Assembly (NCBI GenBank): GCA_003696105.1
Contig: RFGE01000204.1
Location: 1 to 61,409, forward strand
Reading direction: 5' to 3'
Origin: Deltaproteobacteria bacterium
GTDB taxonomy: Bacteria; Myxococcota_A; Polyangia; Haliangiales; J016
DNA length: 61,409 nucleotides
The notes below the pieces were generated by a model. The model searched no databases. It was not told the DNA's origin and was given only the letters and a program-made list of their open reading frames with translations. How positions within the stretch are numbered: the stretch's first letter is position 1; every line of letters begins with the position of its first letter. The translations under genes and the position numbers were made by a program. Shown here one piece after another: positions 37,856 through 48,286 of the stretch.

Positions 37856-38833
37856 TCAGCGCGCCGGCTCCTCCGCCGGCGCCGCCGCGCGGTTGCGCGC
37901 GGTCGGCGTCTCGGCCACCGTGCGCGCCCGGCCGCTCGACTCGGCGGTGACGGCGCGCGCGGCGCGCTCGGCGCGCTCCATCCCCTCGGCCATCGCGGCG
38001 ACCGCGCGCGCGATGTCGGCCGCCGCCCGCGCCTCGGCGGCGATCCGGCTCGCGCGCTCCTTTTCGCCGTAAAACAGGCCCATCAGCGCGCGCCGCAGCT
38101 CGTCGCGCTCCAGGTCGCGCGCGATGTTGCCGCCGAAACACAGCGAGATCTCGCCGCGCTCCTCGGACACGACGACCGCGACGGCGTCGGTCTCCTCGGT
38201 GATGCCGACCGCGGCCCGGTGGCGCGTGCCGAACTCCTTGACCAACGGCTGGTGCGACAGCGGCAACACGACGGCCGCGAGCTGAATGCGCAGCTGCTTG
38301 TCGATCAGCACGGCGCCGTCGTGGAGCTTGTTGTCGCGCGACGGAACGAACAGCGCGACCAGCAGCTCCGTCGACAGCTTCGCGTCGACCTCTTGGCCGT
38401 GGTCGACGAATCCGGTCAGGTCGGCGTCGCGCTCCATCACGATGATCGCGCCAATGCGGGCCTTCGCCATCTGTTCGGCCGCGTCGACCACCTCGTCGAG
38501 CGCGTGGCTCACCTCGCGGCTGCGGCCGAACGGGAACACGTTCTGTCCCAGCCGGACCAGGCCGCGCCGGATGTCCTGCTGGAACACGACGATGATGATG
38601 ATGATGAAGTAGTTGATGAAGTTGTCGAGCAGCCACGACACCGTGGTCATCTCGAACCGATCGGCGGCAAAGAAGGCCGCGCCGATCAGGAACATGCCGA
38701 TGACCATCTGCATGGCGCGCGTGCCCTTGATCGTGAGCAACACGCGGTAGATGACGTAGTAGACGAGGAAGATGTCCGCGCACAGTACGAGCACGTCGCG
38801 CGCCGACGCATCCCGCAACAGCGAATCGAACAT
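37856..38833 (-). CDS. cdaA: diadenylate cyclase CdaA (DacA)
   Basis: Three TMs, FQQDIRR, LHDGAV, GTRHRAA, VSEERG. Confidence 0.93.
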   Translation of the reverse strand: MFDSLLRDASARDVLVLCADIFLVYYVIYRVLLTIKGTRAMQMVIGMFLIGAAFFAADRFEMTTVSWLLDNFINYFIIIIIVVFQQDIRRGLVRLGQNVFPFGRSREVSHALDEVVDAAEQMAKARIGAIIVMERDADLTGFVDHGQEVDAKLSTELLVALFVPSRDNKLHDGAVLIDKQLRIQLAAVVLPLSHQPLVKEFGTRHRAAVGITEETDAVAVVVSEERGEISLCFGGNIARDLERDELRRALMGLFYGEKERASRIAAEARAAADIARAVAAMAEGMERAERAARAVTAESSGRARTVAETPTARNRAAAPAEEPAR

Positions 38834-38838
38834 CTGCC

Positions 38839-39693
38839 TCACGCGGCGCCCTCCCTCGCGATCGCGCAAAACGCGACCAGCGCCGGTCGAAGCCGCGCGA
38901 CGTCGTGGACGCGGACGATGTGCGCGCCCGCGGCGACGGCTGCGAGCGCCGCGCCCACCGTGGCGTCGTCGCGCTCGGCGACCGGCTGGCCGGTGAGGTC
39001 GCCGAGGAACCGCTTGCGCGACGGGCCGACGAGCACGGGCGCGCCGACCGCGTCGGCCAGCTCGCCGGCGCGGCGGACGAGTTCGACGTTCTGGCGCGTC
39101 CCCTTGCCGAAGCCGAGGCACGGGTCCGCGATCGTGCGCCCGCGCAGGCCGGGCGGCAGCCCGTCGATCCGCGCGCGCAGCTCGGCCACCACGTCGTCGA
39201 AATCCGGCGGCGCCGCCTCGGCCGCGTGCGCCTCCGCCAGCGTCGTGCCGCGCACGTGGCCGCACACGTACGCGGCCCCGGCGTCGGCGGCGACGGCCGG
39301 CAGGTCCGGGTCGAACGCGCCGCCCGAGATGTCGTTGACGATCTCGGCGCCCGCGGCGATCGCCGCCTCCGCGACGGCTGCTTTGGTCGTGTCGATCGAA
39401 ATCGGCGTCGGCAGCCGCGCGGCGAGCGCGCAGATCACCGGCACCACGCGCGCGATCTCGTCGTCCGCCGGCACCGGCGCCGCCCCCGGCCGCGTGCTCT
39501 CGCCGCCGACGTCCACGATGTCCGCCCCGTGCGCCACCAACGCCTCGGCGCGCGCCACCGCGAGTTCCGGCTCGGCGAACAGTCCGCCGTCGGAGAACGA
39601 ATCGGGCGTCGCGTTGACGACGCCCATGATGTACGGGCGCGACCAGTCGAGCGCCGCGCCGCGGAAGACCAGGGGTGCGAAAGCCGTCGCCAC
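38839..39693 (-). CDS. folP: dihydropteroate synthase
   Basis: MGVVNATPDSFSDGG, DVGGESTRPG, SIDT, SRKRF, RVHDV. Confidence 0.95.
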   Translation of the reverse strand: MATAFAPLVFRGAALDWSRPYIMGVVNATPDSFSDGGLFAEPELAVARAEALVAHGADIVDVGGESTRPGAAPVPADDEIARVVPVICALAARLPTPISIDTTKAAVAEAAIAAGAEIVNDISGGAFDPDLPAVAADAGAAYVCGHVRGTTLAEAHAAEAAPPDFDDVVAELRARIDGLPPGLRGRTIADPCLGFGKGTRQNVELVRRAGELADAVGAPVLVGPSRKRFLGDLTGQPVAERDDATVGAALAAVAAGAHIVRVHDVARLRPALVAFCAIAREGAA

Positions 39694-39706
39694 GCGCTCC
39701 CCGGCC

Positions 39707-41668
39707 CTACGCCGGCTCCGGGTCCGGCTCCTTGCCGCCCAGCGGCGGGATGATGCCCGGCCGGCGCCCCTTGGCCCGATCGGCGTCGGCCTTCGGCGGC
39801 GGCGCCGCGTTGCCATCGGCCCGCGGCGCGGCGCGCGCGGGCAGCGGCTCGCCGGCCATCAGCCGATCGATGTCCTTGCCCGTGAGCGTCTCCACCTCGA
39901 GCAGCGCATTGGCGATCGCGTGTAGCTTGTCGAGGTTGGCGAGGATCAGCTGGCGCGCGCGCTCGTGCTGCTCGAGGACGATGCGGCGGATCTCGGCGTC
40001 GATCTTTTGCGCGGTCTGCTCCGAATAGCCGTCCCCCTGCTGGAAGTCGCGGCCCAGGAACACCTCGCGTTCGCCGGCGCCGAAGTTCAGAGGGCCGATC
40101 TCCTCGCTCATCCCCCATTCGGTGACCATCCGGCGCGCCAGTTCCGTCGCCTTCTCGATGTCGTTGCCCGCGCCCGTCGTCTGCTGATGCAACACGATCT
40201 CTTCCGCGAGCCTGCCGCCCATGAGGATCGCGATCTGGTTGAGCGCGAACTCCTTGGTCATCGACAGGCGATCTTCCTCCGGCAGCTGCTGGGTGAGCCC
40301 GAGCGCGCGGCCGCGCGGGATGATCGTCACCTTGTGAACCGGATCGGTCTCCTCGCCCACGAGGCGCGCGACGAGCGCGTGACCGGCCTCGTGGTACGCG
40401 GTCGTCCGCTTGTCCTTCTCGGAGATGATCATCGAGCGGCGCTCGCTGCCCATGAGGACCTTGTCCTTGGCGTCCTCGAAGTCGATCATCTCGACCTTGT
40501 CCTTGTCGCGCCGCGCGGCGAGCAGCGCGGCCTCGTTGACGAGCGCCTCGAGGTCGGCGCCGCTGAACCCGGGGGTGCCGCGCGCCAGGACTTCCAGGTC
40601 CACGTTGGGGCTGATGGGCACCTTGCGGGTGTGCACCTGCAAGATGCCGATGCGGCCGTTGAGGTCCGGACGCGGGACCACGATGCGCCGGTCGAACCGC
40701 CCCGGTCGCAGCAGCGCCGGGTCGAGCACGTCCGGCCGGTTCGTCGCCGCAATGAGGATGACGCCGTCGTTGGACTCGAACCCGTCCATCTCGACGAGCA
40801 GCTGATTGAGAGTCTGCTCGCGCTCGTCGTGGCCGCCGCCGAGCCCGGCGCCGCGATGGCGCCCGACCGCATCGATCTCGTCGATGAAGATGATGCACGG
40901 CGCGTTCTTCTTGCCCTGCTCGAACAGGTCGCGGACGCGCGACGCGCCCACGCCGACGAACATCTCGACGAAATCCGAGCCGCTGATCGAGAAGAACGGC
41001 ACTCCGGCCTCGCCGGCGATCGCGCGCGCCAGCAACGTCTTGCCGGTGCCCGGCGCGCCCATCATGAGCACGCCCTTCGGAATGCGGCCGCCGAGGCGCG
41101 TGAACTTCTTCGGGTCCTTGAGGAACGCGATGATCTCCTCGACCTCTTCCTTGGCCTCCTCGACGCCGGCGACGTCCTTGAACGTGACCTTGTTCTGGTG
41201 ATCGGTCAGCAGCTTGGCTTTCGACTTGCCGAACGACATCGCCTTGCCGCCGCCGGCCTGCAGCTGCCGCATGAAGAAGAAGAAGATCACGAACAAAAAC
41301 AGGATCGGCAGCCACGAAATGATGAGGTTTTGCCAGAACCCGCTGCGCTCCTTGATGACGATGTTGCGCGGAATCCCCGCGCGGTTGATCGCCTCGACCG
41401 TGTGGTCGAAGAACTCGCCCTTCGCGATGACGCGCACGTTGGGCCGATCGCGATAGGTCACGATGTAGATCGCCGCGTTGTCGCCGCGCGGCTCGATCTC
41501 GATCTTTTCGATCTGTTTGGCCCGCTCGGGGTCCGCCACCTCCTCCATCAGGGCCGTGAAGTCCTTTTCCTCCTCCTGTTTGCCGGTCTCCGCGAACAGC
41601 TTGTAGACCGCCACGAACATCAGGACGAGGACGAACCAGAGAAGAATCGTTTTATGTGATTGACGCAA
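39707..41668 (-). CDS. ftsH: ATP-dependent zinc metalloprotease FtsH
   Basis: Two TMs, [16 protein letters not shown], second region of homology, HEAGH. Confidence 0.98.
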   Translation of the reverse strand: MRQSHKTILLWFVLVLMFVAVYKLFAETGKQEEEKDFTALMEEVADPERAKQIEKIEIEPRGDNAAIYIVTYRDRPNVRVIAKGEFFDHTVEAINRAGIPRNIVIKERSGFWQNLIISWLPILFLFVIFFFFMRQLQAGGGKAMSFGKSKAKLLTDHQNKVTFKDVAGVEEAKEEVEEIIAFLKDPKKFTRLGGRIPKGVLMMGAPGTGKTLLARAIAGEAGVPFFSISGSDFVEMFVGVGASRVRDLFEQGKKNAPCIIFIDEIDAVGRHRGAGLGGGHDEREQTLNQLLVEMDGFESNDGVILIAATNRPDVLDPALLRPGRFDRRIVVPRPDLNGRIGILQVHTRKVPISPNVDLEVLARGTPGFSGADLEALVNEAALLAARRDKDKVEMIDFEDAKDKVLMGSERRSMIISEKDKRTTAYHEAGHALVARLVGEETDPVHKVTIIPRGRALGLTQQLPEEDRLSMTKEFALNQIAILMGGRLAEEIVLHQQTTGAGNDIEKATELARRMVTEWGMSEEIGPLNFGAGEREVFLGRDFQQGDGYSEQTAQKIDAEIRRIVLEQHERARQLILANLDKLHAIANALLEVETLTGKDIDRLMAGEPLPARAAPRADGNAAPPPKADADRAKGRRPGIIPPLGGKEPDPEPA

Positions 41669-41809
41669 ACGCCCACCTTGCGCCGGCCCGCGCGCGACAG
41701 CCCGCGATTCGACGAATCGTGCCGAGTTTACCTCTACTTCGTAGCCGCGGACACCTTCCGCGTCAAGCTGACCGCCGCGCGGCGGGCTCCCGCCGGCGCG
41801 CGGGGGTTG

Positions 41810-43063
41810 TCACCGTCGGCCGCCGCCGTCGGCCGGCCGGCGCGGATCCGCGCCGGCCTCGGAGCCGCGCTCGGCGACGCGGACCCGGGCGCCCCACGCC
41901 GGGCCGATGTGCTCGGCCCACACAATCGCGCCGTCGCTCGCGCGCACGGCGACCCGCGCATCGGCGCGCAGTCGCCGCGGCACCTTCGCGTCGATGAACA
42001 GGTCGCTGAGCTTGCGCGAGCGCCCGCGCAGGCGCGCCGGCCGCATCCGGTCGCCCGGTCGCCAGCGCCGCACGGCGTACGGACCGTCCGGGCCCTCGAC
42101 CGCGAGCGCCGCCGCCGCGCGGGCCTCGGCGGCGCCCGCGGGCTCGAACCGCAGCGCGCCGTACTCCCGCACGGCGCGGACGCCGGGCAACGCGAGCGAC
42201 GCGGTCCCGGCGTCCGGCCGGCGCGCCAGGCGCCACAACGCCTCGATGTGGGCGCGACCGAGGCGGCGCGCGCCCGCCGCCTCGGCGGCGAGCTGCAGCG
42301 CCCGCTTGCCGACCGCAGGCGGCGCCGCCGCGACCGCCGCCGCCTCGAGCGGCAGCCGGCGCGCGGCCCAGTCGAGCACGTCGCGCTGCTCGGCCGCGGC
42401 CCGCGCGACCGCGGCCAGGGCGGCGTCGAGCGCGGGGTTTTCCTCGCGCAGGGCCGGCAGCCAGCGGTGGCGGACGCGCGCGCGCAGAAACCGCGGGTCC
42501 GCGTTCATCGGGTCGCGCAGCACGTCCGCGAACCCGGCCTCGGCCAGGCCGCGTTCGACCTCCGCGCGGGTCACGTCGAGCAGCGGGCGGACGATCCGAC
42601 CGCGCCGCAGCGGGATGCCGGCGAGCCCGGGGATGCCCGCGCCGCGCAGCAGCCGCATCAGCACCGTTTCGGCCTGGTCCGACGCGGTGTGGCCGGTCGC
42701 GATGACATCGGCGCCCCACGCGTCGGCCATCCGCCGGAGCGCCGCGTAGCGCGCGCGCCGCGCGGCGTCCTCGAGCGAGCCGCCGGCGGTGCGGACCTCG
42801 ACCGATTCCGACATCGCGCCGGCGCCCAGCCGGGCGGCGAGCGCCGCGACGCGCGCGCGCTCGCGATCGCCGCCGGGCCGCAGCCCGTGGTCGACGTGCG
42901 CCAGCGCCACCGGCCCCAGGCGCCCGCGGTCCGACAGCCGCGCGCACGCGGCGGCCAGGGCGGTCGAATCCGGCCCGCCGGAGCACGCGACGAGCACGCG
43001 CGCGCCGGCCGGCACCCCCGCCCGGTCGAACGCGGCCGCGGCCCGTTGCGCGATGGCCCACAT
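41810..43063 (-). CDS. tilS: tRNA(Ile)-lysidine synthase
   Basis: SGGPDS, HVDHGLR, ARRARY, TGHTASDQAET, DPMN. Confidence 0.95.
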   Translation of the reverse strand: MWAIAQRAAAAFDRAGVPAGARVLVACSGGPDSTALAAACARLSDRGRLGPVALAHVDHGLRPGGDRERARVAALAARLGAGAMSESVEVRTAGGSLEDAARRARYAALRRMADAWGADVIATGHTASDQAETVLMRLLRGAGIPGLAGIPLRRGRIVRPLLDVTRAEVERGLAEAGFADVLRDPMNADPRFLRARVRHRWLPALREENPALDAALAAVARAAAEQRDVLDWAARRLPLEAAAVAAAPPAVGKRALQLAAEAAGARRLGRAHIEALWRLARRPDAGTASLALPGVRAVREYGALRFEPAGAAEARAAAALAVEGPDGPYAVRRWRPGDRMRPARLRGRSRKLSDLFIDAKVPRRLRADARVAVRASDGAIVWAEHIGPAWGARVRVAERGSEAGADPRRPADGGGRR

Positions 43064-43082
43064 GTGTAGGTTTATAGCGCGC

Positions 43083-44777
43083 ATGACGACGCCCCCCCGC
43101 AACGACGGTGACAACGGCAACGGCCACGGCGGCAGCGGCGCCCGCAGCACCGGCGACGTGGTGTCGATGGCGCGATTTCGCGCCGGGCTGGCCCGCTCGC
43201 CGGCCGCGGCGCGCGTGGACGCCCTGTTGTCGGCGCGCGACCCGGCCGCCGCGGTCGCGGCGCTGTCCGTGCCCGAGCTGTTCGGCCTCATCAAGGAGGT
43301 CGGGCTCGCCGACACCGCCGAGCTGGTTGCGCTTGCAACCCCAGAACAACTCCGCGGCTGCTTCGATCTCGACATCTGGGACCGCGACCGGCTGGTCGAC
43401 GAGGCGATCCGGCCGTGGCTCACGACGCTGCTGGACGCCGGCGGCTACGAGAAGCTCGGCCAGGTATGGGAGGCGCTCGACCCCGAACTCACGGCGCTGC
43501 TGCTGGCGCGGTGGACGCGCATCTACGACCACACCCTCGACGAGGCGCCGCCCGACGACACGGAGCGGCCGCTGTACCGCACGCCGGACACGTTCTTCAC
43601 GGTCGAGATCCTCGCCGAGGACGACGCCGACGTGCGACTCGTGCTGCGCCTGATCGACGACCTGTACCGCGCCGACATGGCGCTGGCCCGCCACACGCTG
43701 ATGGCCGCGCGGTCGGAGCTGCCGGCCGAACTCGAGGAGATGAGCTACCGGTGGCGCTCCGGGCGGATGGCGGATCTCGGCTACGTGGACTTCTACGACG
43801 CGCTCGAGGTGTTCCGCCCGCTCGAACCGACGTCGATCCGGCTCGACGAAGGCACCGCCGACGTGATCCCGCCGCCGGCGGAGGGGGACGAGGCGCTCGT
43901 GCCGCGGCGGCTGCCGGCGCCGCTGGCCGACGCGCTCGACGGCGCGCCGTTTCTCGCGCGGGCGGTCGACGCGCTCGCGGACCCGGCCGACCTCGAGCGG
44001 CTCGAAGCGGCGATGGTCGTCCTCGTCAACAAGGTGCTGAGCGCGTCGCGGGTGTCCCCGGGCGACCTCGACGCGGCGATCGCCGGCGCGCGCTGCGCCG
44101 CGGCGACGGTGTCGCTCGGGCTCGAGACGGTGGCCGGCGGCGACGTGGACCGCGCGGCGCGCGCGCTCGCGCAGGTGTCGCTCACGCGGCTACACCGCGC
44201 GGGATTCACCGTCACGCTGCGGCTCGCGCGGCTGGCGCGCGCGCTCGCCCCGCGCGCCGCGGCGGCCGACGACGACGACCGCGCGCTGCTCGGAGCGCTG
44301 CTCGCGGCGCGGCCGTGGCTGCCCGACGGCGACGGCGGCCTGCGCCCGATCGCGTCGGTCGCGGACGTGCGCGCGGCGGCCGGCGCGCTCGCGCGGCTCG
44401 CGCTGCGCATCGCGATCGCCGAGCAGGCGCTCGGGGTCGACCTGGTCGCGCTCGCCGAGGCGCCCGCCGACCGCCGCCCCGCCCTCGACGACTTCGTCCG
44501 CACCGCGCTCGCGCGCGCCCTCGCCGGCGGCGAGATCGACCCGACGCCGCTCGATGTTGCGGAAATCCCGCGCGATTTCGACCCCGACGCCCGCGCGCGC
44601 GCCCGCGCTGCGCTCGTGCGCCGGCTCGACGAAACCGGCGTGACCGCCGGCCGGGAATATCTCGACGCGCTCGTCGATTCGTGGCTCGGACAACTTCACG
44701 ACCTCCTCGGCGGCGTCGAGTGGCCGCCGGACCCGCGCTTCGTCACGGGCATCTTGTTGCGCACGGCACAGAGCTGA
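43083..44777 (+). CDS. DUF6178-like hypothetical protein
   Basis: A.PEQLR..FDLDIW.RD, ELEE..YRWR.GRMADLG motifs, recalled from a deltaproteobacterial family. Confidence 0.65.
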   Translation: MTTPPRNDGDNGNGHGGSGARSTGDVVSMARFRAGLARSPAAARVDALLSARDPAAAVAALSVPELFGLIKEVGLADTAELVALATPEQLRGCFDLDIWDRDRLVDEAIRPWLTTLLDAGGYEKLGQVWEALDPELTALLLARWTRIYDHTLDEAPPDDTERPLYRTPDTFFTVEILAEDDADVRLVLRLIDDLYRADMALARHTLMAARSELPAELEEMSYRWRSGRMADLGYVDFYDALEVFRPLEPTSIRLDEGTADVIPPPAEGDEALVPRRLPAPLADALDGAPFLARAVDALADPADLERLEAAMVVLVNKVLSASRVSPGDLDAAIAGARCAAATVSLGLETVAGGDVDRAARALAQVSLTRLHRAGFTVTLRLARLARALAPRAAAADDDDRALLGALLAARPWLPDGDGGLRPIASVADVRAAAGALARLALRIAIAEQALGVDLVALAEAPADRRPALDDFVRTALARALAGGEIDPTPLDVAEIPRDFDPDARARARAALVRRLDETGVTAGREYLDALVDSWLGQLHDLLGGVEWPPDPRFVTGILLRTAQS

Positions 44778-44878
44778 TCGAAAACCCACGACGTCGTTTC
44801 CACCGTCTCGTTCGCATCCTTGTCGACACGTCCACGGGAGAGGCTGACTTGCAGGACACCATCGCCACGCACGACATC

Positions 44879-45889
44879 ATGATCGACGTCCAGGAGCTCA
44901 CGCGCGTCTACGGCCGGGGCTTCGGCGCGCGCCCCGCGGTCGACCGAGTGACCTTCTCCGTGGCGCGCGGCGAGATCCTCGGATTCCTCGGTCCGAACGG
45001 AGCCGGCAAGTCGACCACGATGAAGATGCTCACCTGTTACCTGCCGCCCACCTCCGGTCGCGCCCGCGTCGCCGGCTACGACGTGTACGACGACCCGCTC
45101 GAGGTGCGCCGGCGCGTCGGCTACTTGCCGGAGAACACGCCGCTTTACCCGAACATGACGGTCATCGGCTACCTGCGGTTCTGCGCCCAAGTCCGCCGGA
45201 TCGAGCGCCACCGGATCGACCGGCGCATCGCGGAGGTCGGCGCGACCACCGGCATCCTCGACGTGCTCGGCAAGTACATCCGCGAGCTGTCCCGCGGCTA
45301 CCGCCAGCGCGTCGGGCTCACCCAGGCGCTGCTGCACGACCCCGACGTGCTGATCCTCGACGAGCCCACCAGCGGTCTCGACCCCAACCAGATCGTCGAG
45401 ATCCGCGAGCTGATCCGCACGATCGGACGCGACAAGACGATCCTGCTGTCGACCCACATCCTCCCGGAAGTGCAGGCGACCTGCAACCGCGTGCTGATCA
45501 TCCACGACGGGCGCATCGTCGCCGACGGCCGCCCGGACGAGTTGGTATCGCGGGAGGCGGACAACCGCTACCGCCTCGTGTTGGCGGGCGACGGCACGCC
45601 CGCCCCCGACGACGCGACGGCGGCCGTGCGCCGGCTCGACGGGGTCACCGGCGTCGACGCCCGGATGGCGACCAACGGAGAACTCGAACTGGTCATCGCC
45701 GGCGCGCGCGACGCCGACCTGCGGCTTTCGCTGTTCCGGCTCGCCGCCGACTCCGGCTGGCCGTTGGTCGAACTCGTGCGCACGGAGATGTCGCTCGAAC
45801 AGGTCTTCAGCCGCCTCACCGGCGCCGGCGCGGAGCACGCCGCGGCCGGCGGGACCGAGGCGCAGGACGCGCAAGGAGCCGCCGCATGA
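44879..45889 (+). CDS. ABC transporter ATP-binding protein (GldA-like)
   Basis: GPNGAGKST, LSRGYRQRVG, LDEPTSGLDP, STH. Confidence 0.92.
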   Translation: MIDVQELTRVYGRGFGARPAVDRVTFSVARGEILGFLGPNGAGKSTTMKMLTCYLPPTSGRARVAGYDVYDDPLEVRRRVGYLPENTPLYPNMTVIGYLRFCAQVRRIERHRIDRRIAEVGATTGILDVLGKYIRELSRGYRQRVGLTQALLHDPDVLILDEPTSGLDPNQIVEIRELIRTIGRDKTILLSTHILPEVQATCNRVLIIHDGRIVADGRPDELVSREADNRYRLVLAGDGTPAPDDATAAVRRLDGVTGVDARMATNGELELVIAGARDADLRLSLFRLAADSGWPLVELVRTEMSLEQVFSRLTGAGAEHAAAGGTEAQDAQGAAA

Positions 45890-46593
45890 AAACCGCCTGG
45901 ATCATCTGTCGCCGCGAGCTGGGCGCGTACTTCGCGTCGCCGATGGCGTACATCATTCTCGCCGGGTTCGTCGCGTTCACCGGGTTTTTGTTCTTCAACA
46001 GCTTCTTTACGGTCAAGCAAGCCCGCCTCGACGGCCTGTTTCACGCCCTGCCGCTCGTCTACCTGTTCTTTGCGCCGGCGATGGCGATGCGACTGATCGC
46101 CGAGGAGCGGGACCTCGGCACGATCGAACTGTTGCTCACGATGCCGGTGCGCGATCGGGAGGTCGTGCTCGGCAAGTACCTCGCCGCCTTGATCATGCTG
46201 ATGGTCGCGCTCGCCGCCACGCTGCCGTTCGCGTACACGGTCAGCCGCCTCGGCGATCTCGACCTCGGGCCGGTGATCGGCGGCTACCTCGGCGCGCTGT
46301 TGCTCGGCGGCCTGTACCTGGCCGCCGGCCTGCTCGCGTCGTCCGTCACGCGCGAGCAGGTCATCGCGTTCATCGTCGGGCTGATTTTGTGCTTCGCGGT
46401 CTACGCCCTCACCTGGGTCGTCGACGCCGGCACCGCGGGCGGCGGCATCGTGATGTACCTGTCGCCGGCATTCCATTTCGGCAACCTGTCGCGCGGCTAC
46501 GTCGAGCTGCGCTCCGTCGTCTATTTCGTCTCGGGCATCGCGCTGTTCGTGCTGCTCGCCGTTCAGGTGCTCGAGGCCCGCAAGTGGGGGTGA
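45886..46593 (+). CDS. ABC-2 permease (GldF-like)
   Basis: RELGAYFASPMAY, AEER..GTIELLLTMP, VLGKY; six TMs. Confidence 0.88.
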   Translation: MKTAWIICRRELGAYFASPMAYIILAGFVAFTGFLFFNSFFTVKQARLDGLFHALPLVYLFFAPAMAMRLIAEERDLGTIELLLTMPVRDREVVLGKYLAALIMLMVALAATLPFAYTVSRLGDLDLGPVIGGYLGALLLGGLYLAAGLLASSVTREQVIAFIVGLILCFAVYALTWVVDAGTAGGGIVMYLSPAFHFGNLSRGYVELRSVVYFVSGIALFVLLAVQVLEARKWG

Positions 46594-46598
46594 GACCG

Positions 46599-48284
46599 AT
46601 GGCCGATCTGAGGTCTTCCAAGCGCAAGACGCTCGCGAACGCCGTGGCGACCACACTGCTGGCGACCGCCGGGATCGTGCTGGTCAACGTCGCCGTGCAT
46701 CGCGCGCGCGCGGGCATCGATCTGTCCGGCGAGGGGCTCACGCGCGCGTCAGAGCTGCTGGTGGCCGGCCTCGAGGAGCCGATGCAGGTCACCGCCTACT
46801 TCGGAAACATCCCGCCGGACAACCAGTTCGAGCAGCGTTACGTGGAGCAGCTTCTCGACAACTACGCGCGCGCGTCGGACGGCAAGTTCACCTGGCGCAA
46901 GGTCGACCCATTCGACCGCGGCCAGGAGTTCCAGCGGAAGCTGCGCGAGGACGAGGGCATCGACAAGTTGATGTGGTTGTCGATCGTCGACGACGCCCCG
47001 CAACAGGTTCCGGTCTACTTCCACGTGCAGTTCCGCTACCTCGACAAGTCCGAGGTGTGGGCGCCAGCGGCCAAGTTCAGCCTGCGCGGGCTCGAATACG
47101 AGTTCAGCTCGATCATCAAGAAGCTCGCCTATCCGAAAAAGAAAGTCGGCGTCACCACAGGGTTCGGTTCGCCGGCTCAGATCCCCGCGATCGAGCAACT
47201 GCTGTCGGACCTCTACGACGTCGAGACGGTCGACCTGTCGGCATCCGAGGTCGACCTGTCGCCCTACGACCTGCTCATCGTCAACGGCCCCACCCAGCCG
47301 CTCACCGAGGCGGCCAAGCTGGCGATCGACGGGCACGTGCTCGCCGGCAAGCCGACGGTGTTCCTGCTCAAGGGGATGAACTTCACGTCGCCCGGCGCGC
47401 AGCCGGGGATGCCGCAGTTCGGCGCCAACCAGCCTCTCATCGGCATGCCGGCGGACGCCGGCCTCGGCGACATGCTGCGCAAATGGGGCGTCGAGGTCGA
47501 ATCCAACATCATCCTCGATCCGCAAAATGGCGCGCCGGGCCCCGTCTTCGTCGGAGAAGAGCTCCTTATGACGCGCCTGTTGTTCCCGCTCGCCGAAGCG
47601 ATCGCCAACGGCGAGGGCGAGCCGCTCGAGGGCATCAGCCTGTTCCCCGTGCCGTACGCGACGACGGTCAAGCTGGTCGGCTCCGATCCCCAGATCGAAG
47701 CGATCGAACTCGCGCGCACCGCGCCGACGTCGTTCGCGCGCACCGACATCCTGCCGCTGAGCGCCGGGGCGCGCGTGGACCGCGGCGATGCGCCGAGCGG
47801 GCCGTTCACCGTCGGCGTCGCGCTGCAGGGGCGGTTCCCGTCGGCGTTCGCGAGCGCGCCGCCGGCGGCGCCCGACAGCGCGACCGGCGGCGGGGCGCCG
47901 GACGCCACGTCGTCGGACGCGGACGCCGGCGGAGCCGGCGCCGGCCCGACGCGGTCGTCGGCCAACACGCGGATGGTCGTGTTCGGCTCCGCCGACCTGG
48001 TCAACCCGACGCTGCTGAACGCCGCCAGGAACCCACTGCTTCGGGCCTTCGCCCTCGGTGCCGACGTGTTGACCGACCTCGTCGACTGGGCCGCCGCCGA
48101 CCAGGCGCTCGTCGCGGCGCGCTCGCGCGGCGCGCCCCCGCCGATCAAGGAGGTCGACAAGGCGACCAAGACGCTGATCAACCTCGCCAACGTCGGCGGC
48201 AGCGCCCTCGCGATCCTGCTGGCCGGGTTCGCGGTGCGCGCGACGCAAAACCGCCGCCGCCGTAGCTTCCGCCTCGACGTGTAG
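46599..48284 (+). CDS. GldG-like ABC auxiliary component
   Basis: N- and C-terminal TMs, EYEFSSII, DLLIVNGP, VVFGS; operon position. Confidence 0.8.
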   Translation: MADLRSSKRKTLANAVATTLLATAGIVLVNVAVHRARAGIDLSGEGLTRASELLVAGLEEPMQVTAYFGNIPPDNQFEQRYVEQLLDNYARASDGKFTWRKVDPFDRGQEFQRKLREDEGIDKLMWLSIVDDAPQQVPVYFHVQFRYLDKSEVWAPAAKFSLRGLEYEFSSIIKKLAYPKKKVGVTTGFGSPAQIPAIEQLLSDLYDVETVDLSASEVDLSPYDLLIVNGPTQPLTEAAKLAIDGHVLAGKPTVFLLKGMNFTSPGAQPGMPQFGANQPLIGMPADAGLGDMLRKWGVEVESNIILDPQNGAPGPVFVGEELLMTRLLFPLAEAIANGEGEPLEGISLFPVPYATTVKLVGSDPQIEAIELARTAPTSFARTDILPLSAGARVDRGDAPSGPFTVGVALQGRFPSAFASAPPAAPDSATGGGAPDATSSDADAGGAGAGPTRSSANTRMVVFGSADLVNPTLLNAARNPLLRAFALGADVLTDLVDWAAADQALVAARSRGAPPPIKEVDKATKTLINLANVGGSALAILLAGFAVRATQNRRRRSFRLDV

Positions 48285-48286
48285 CC

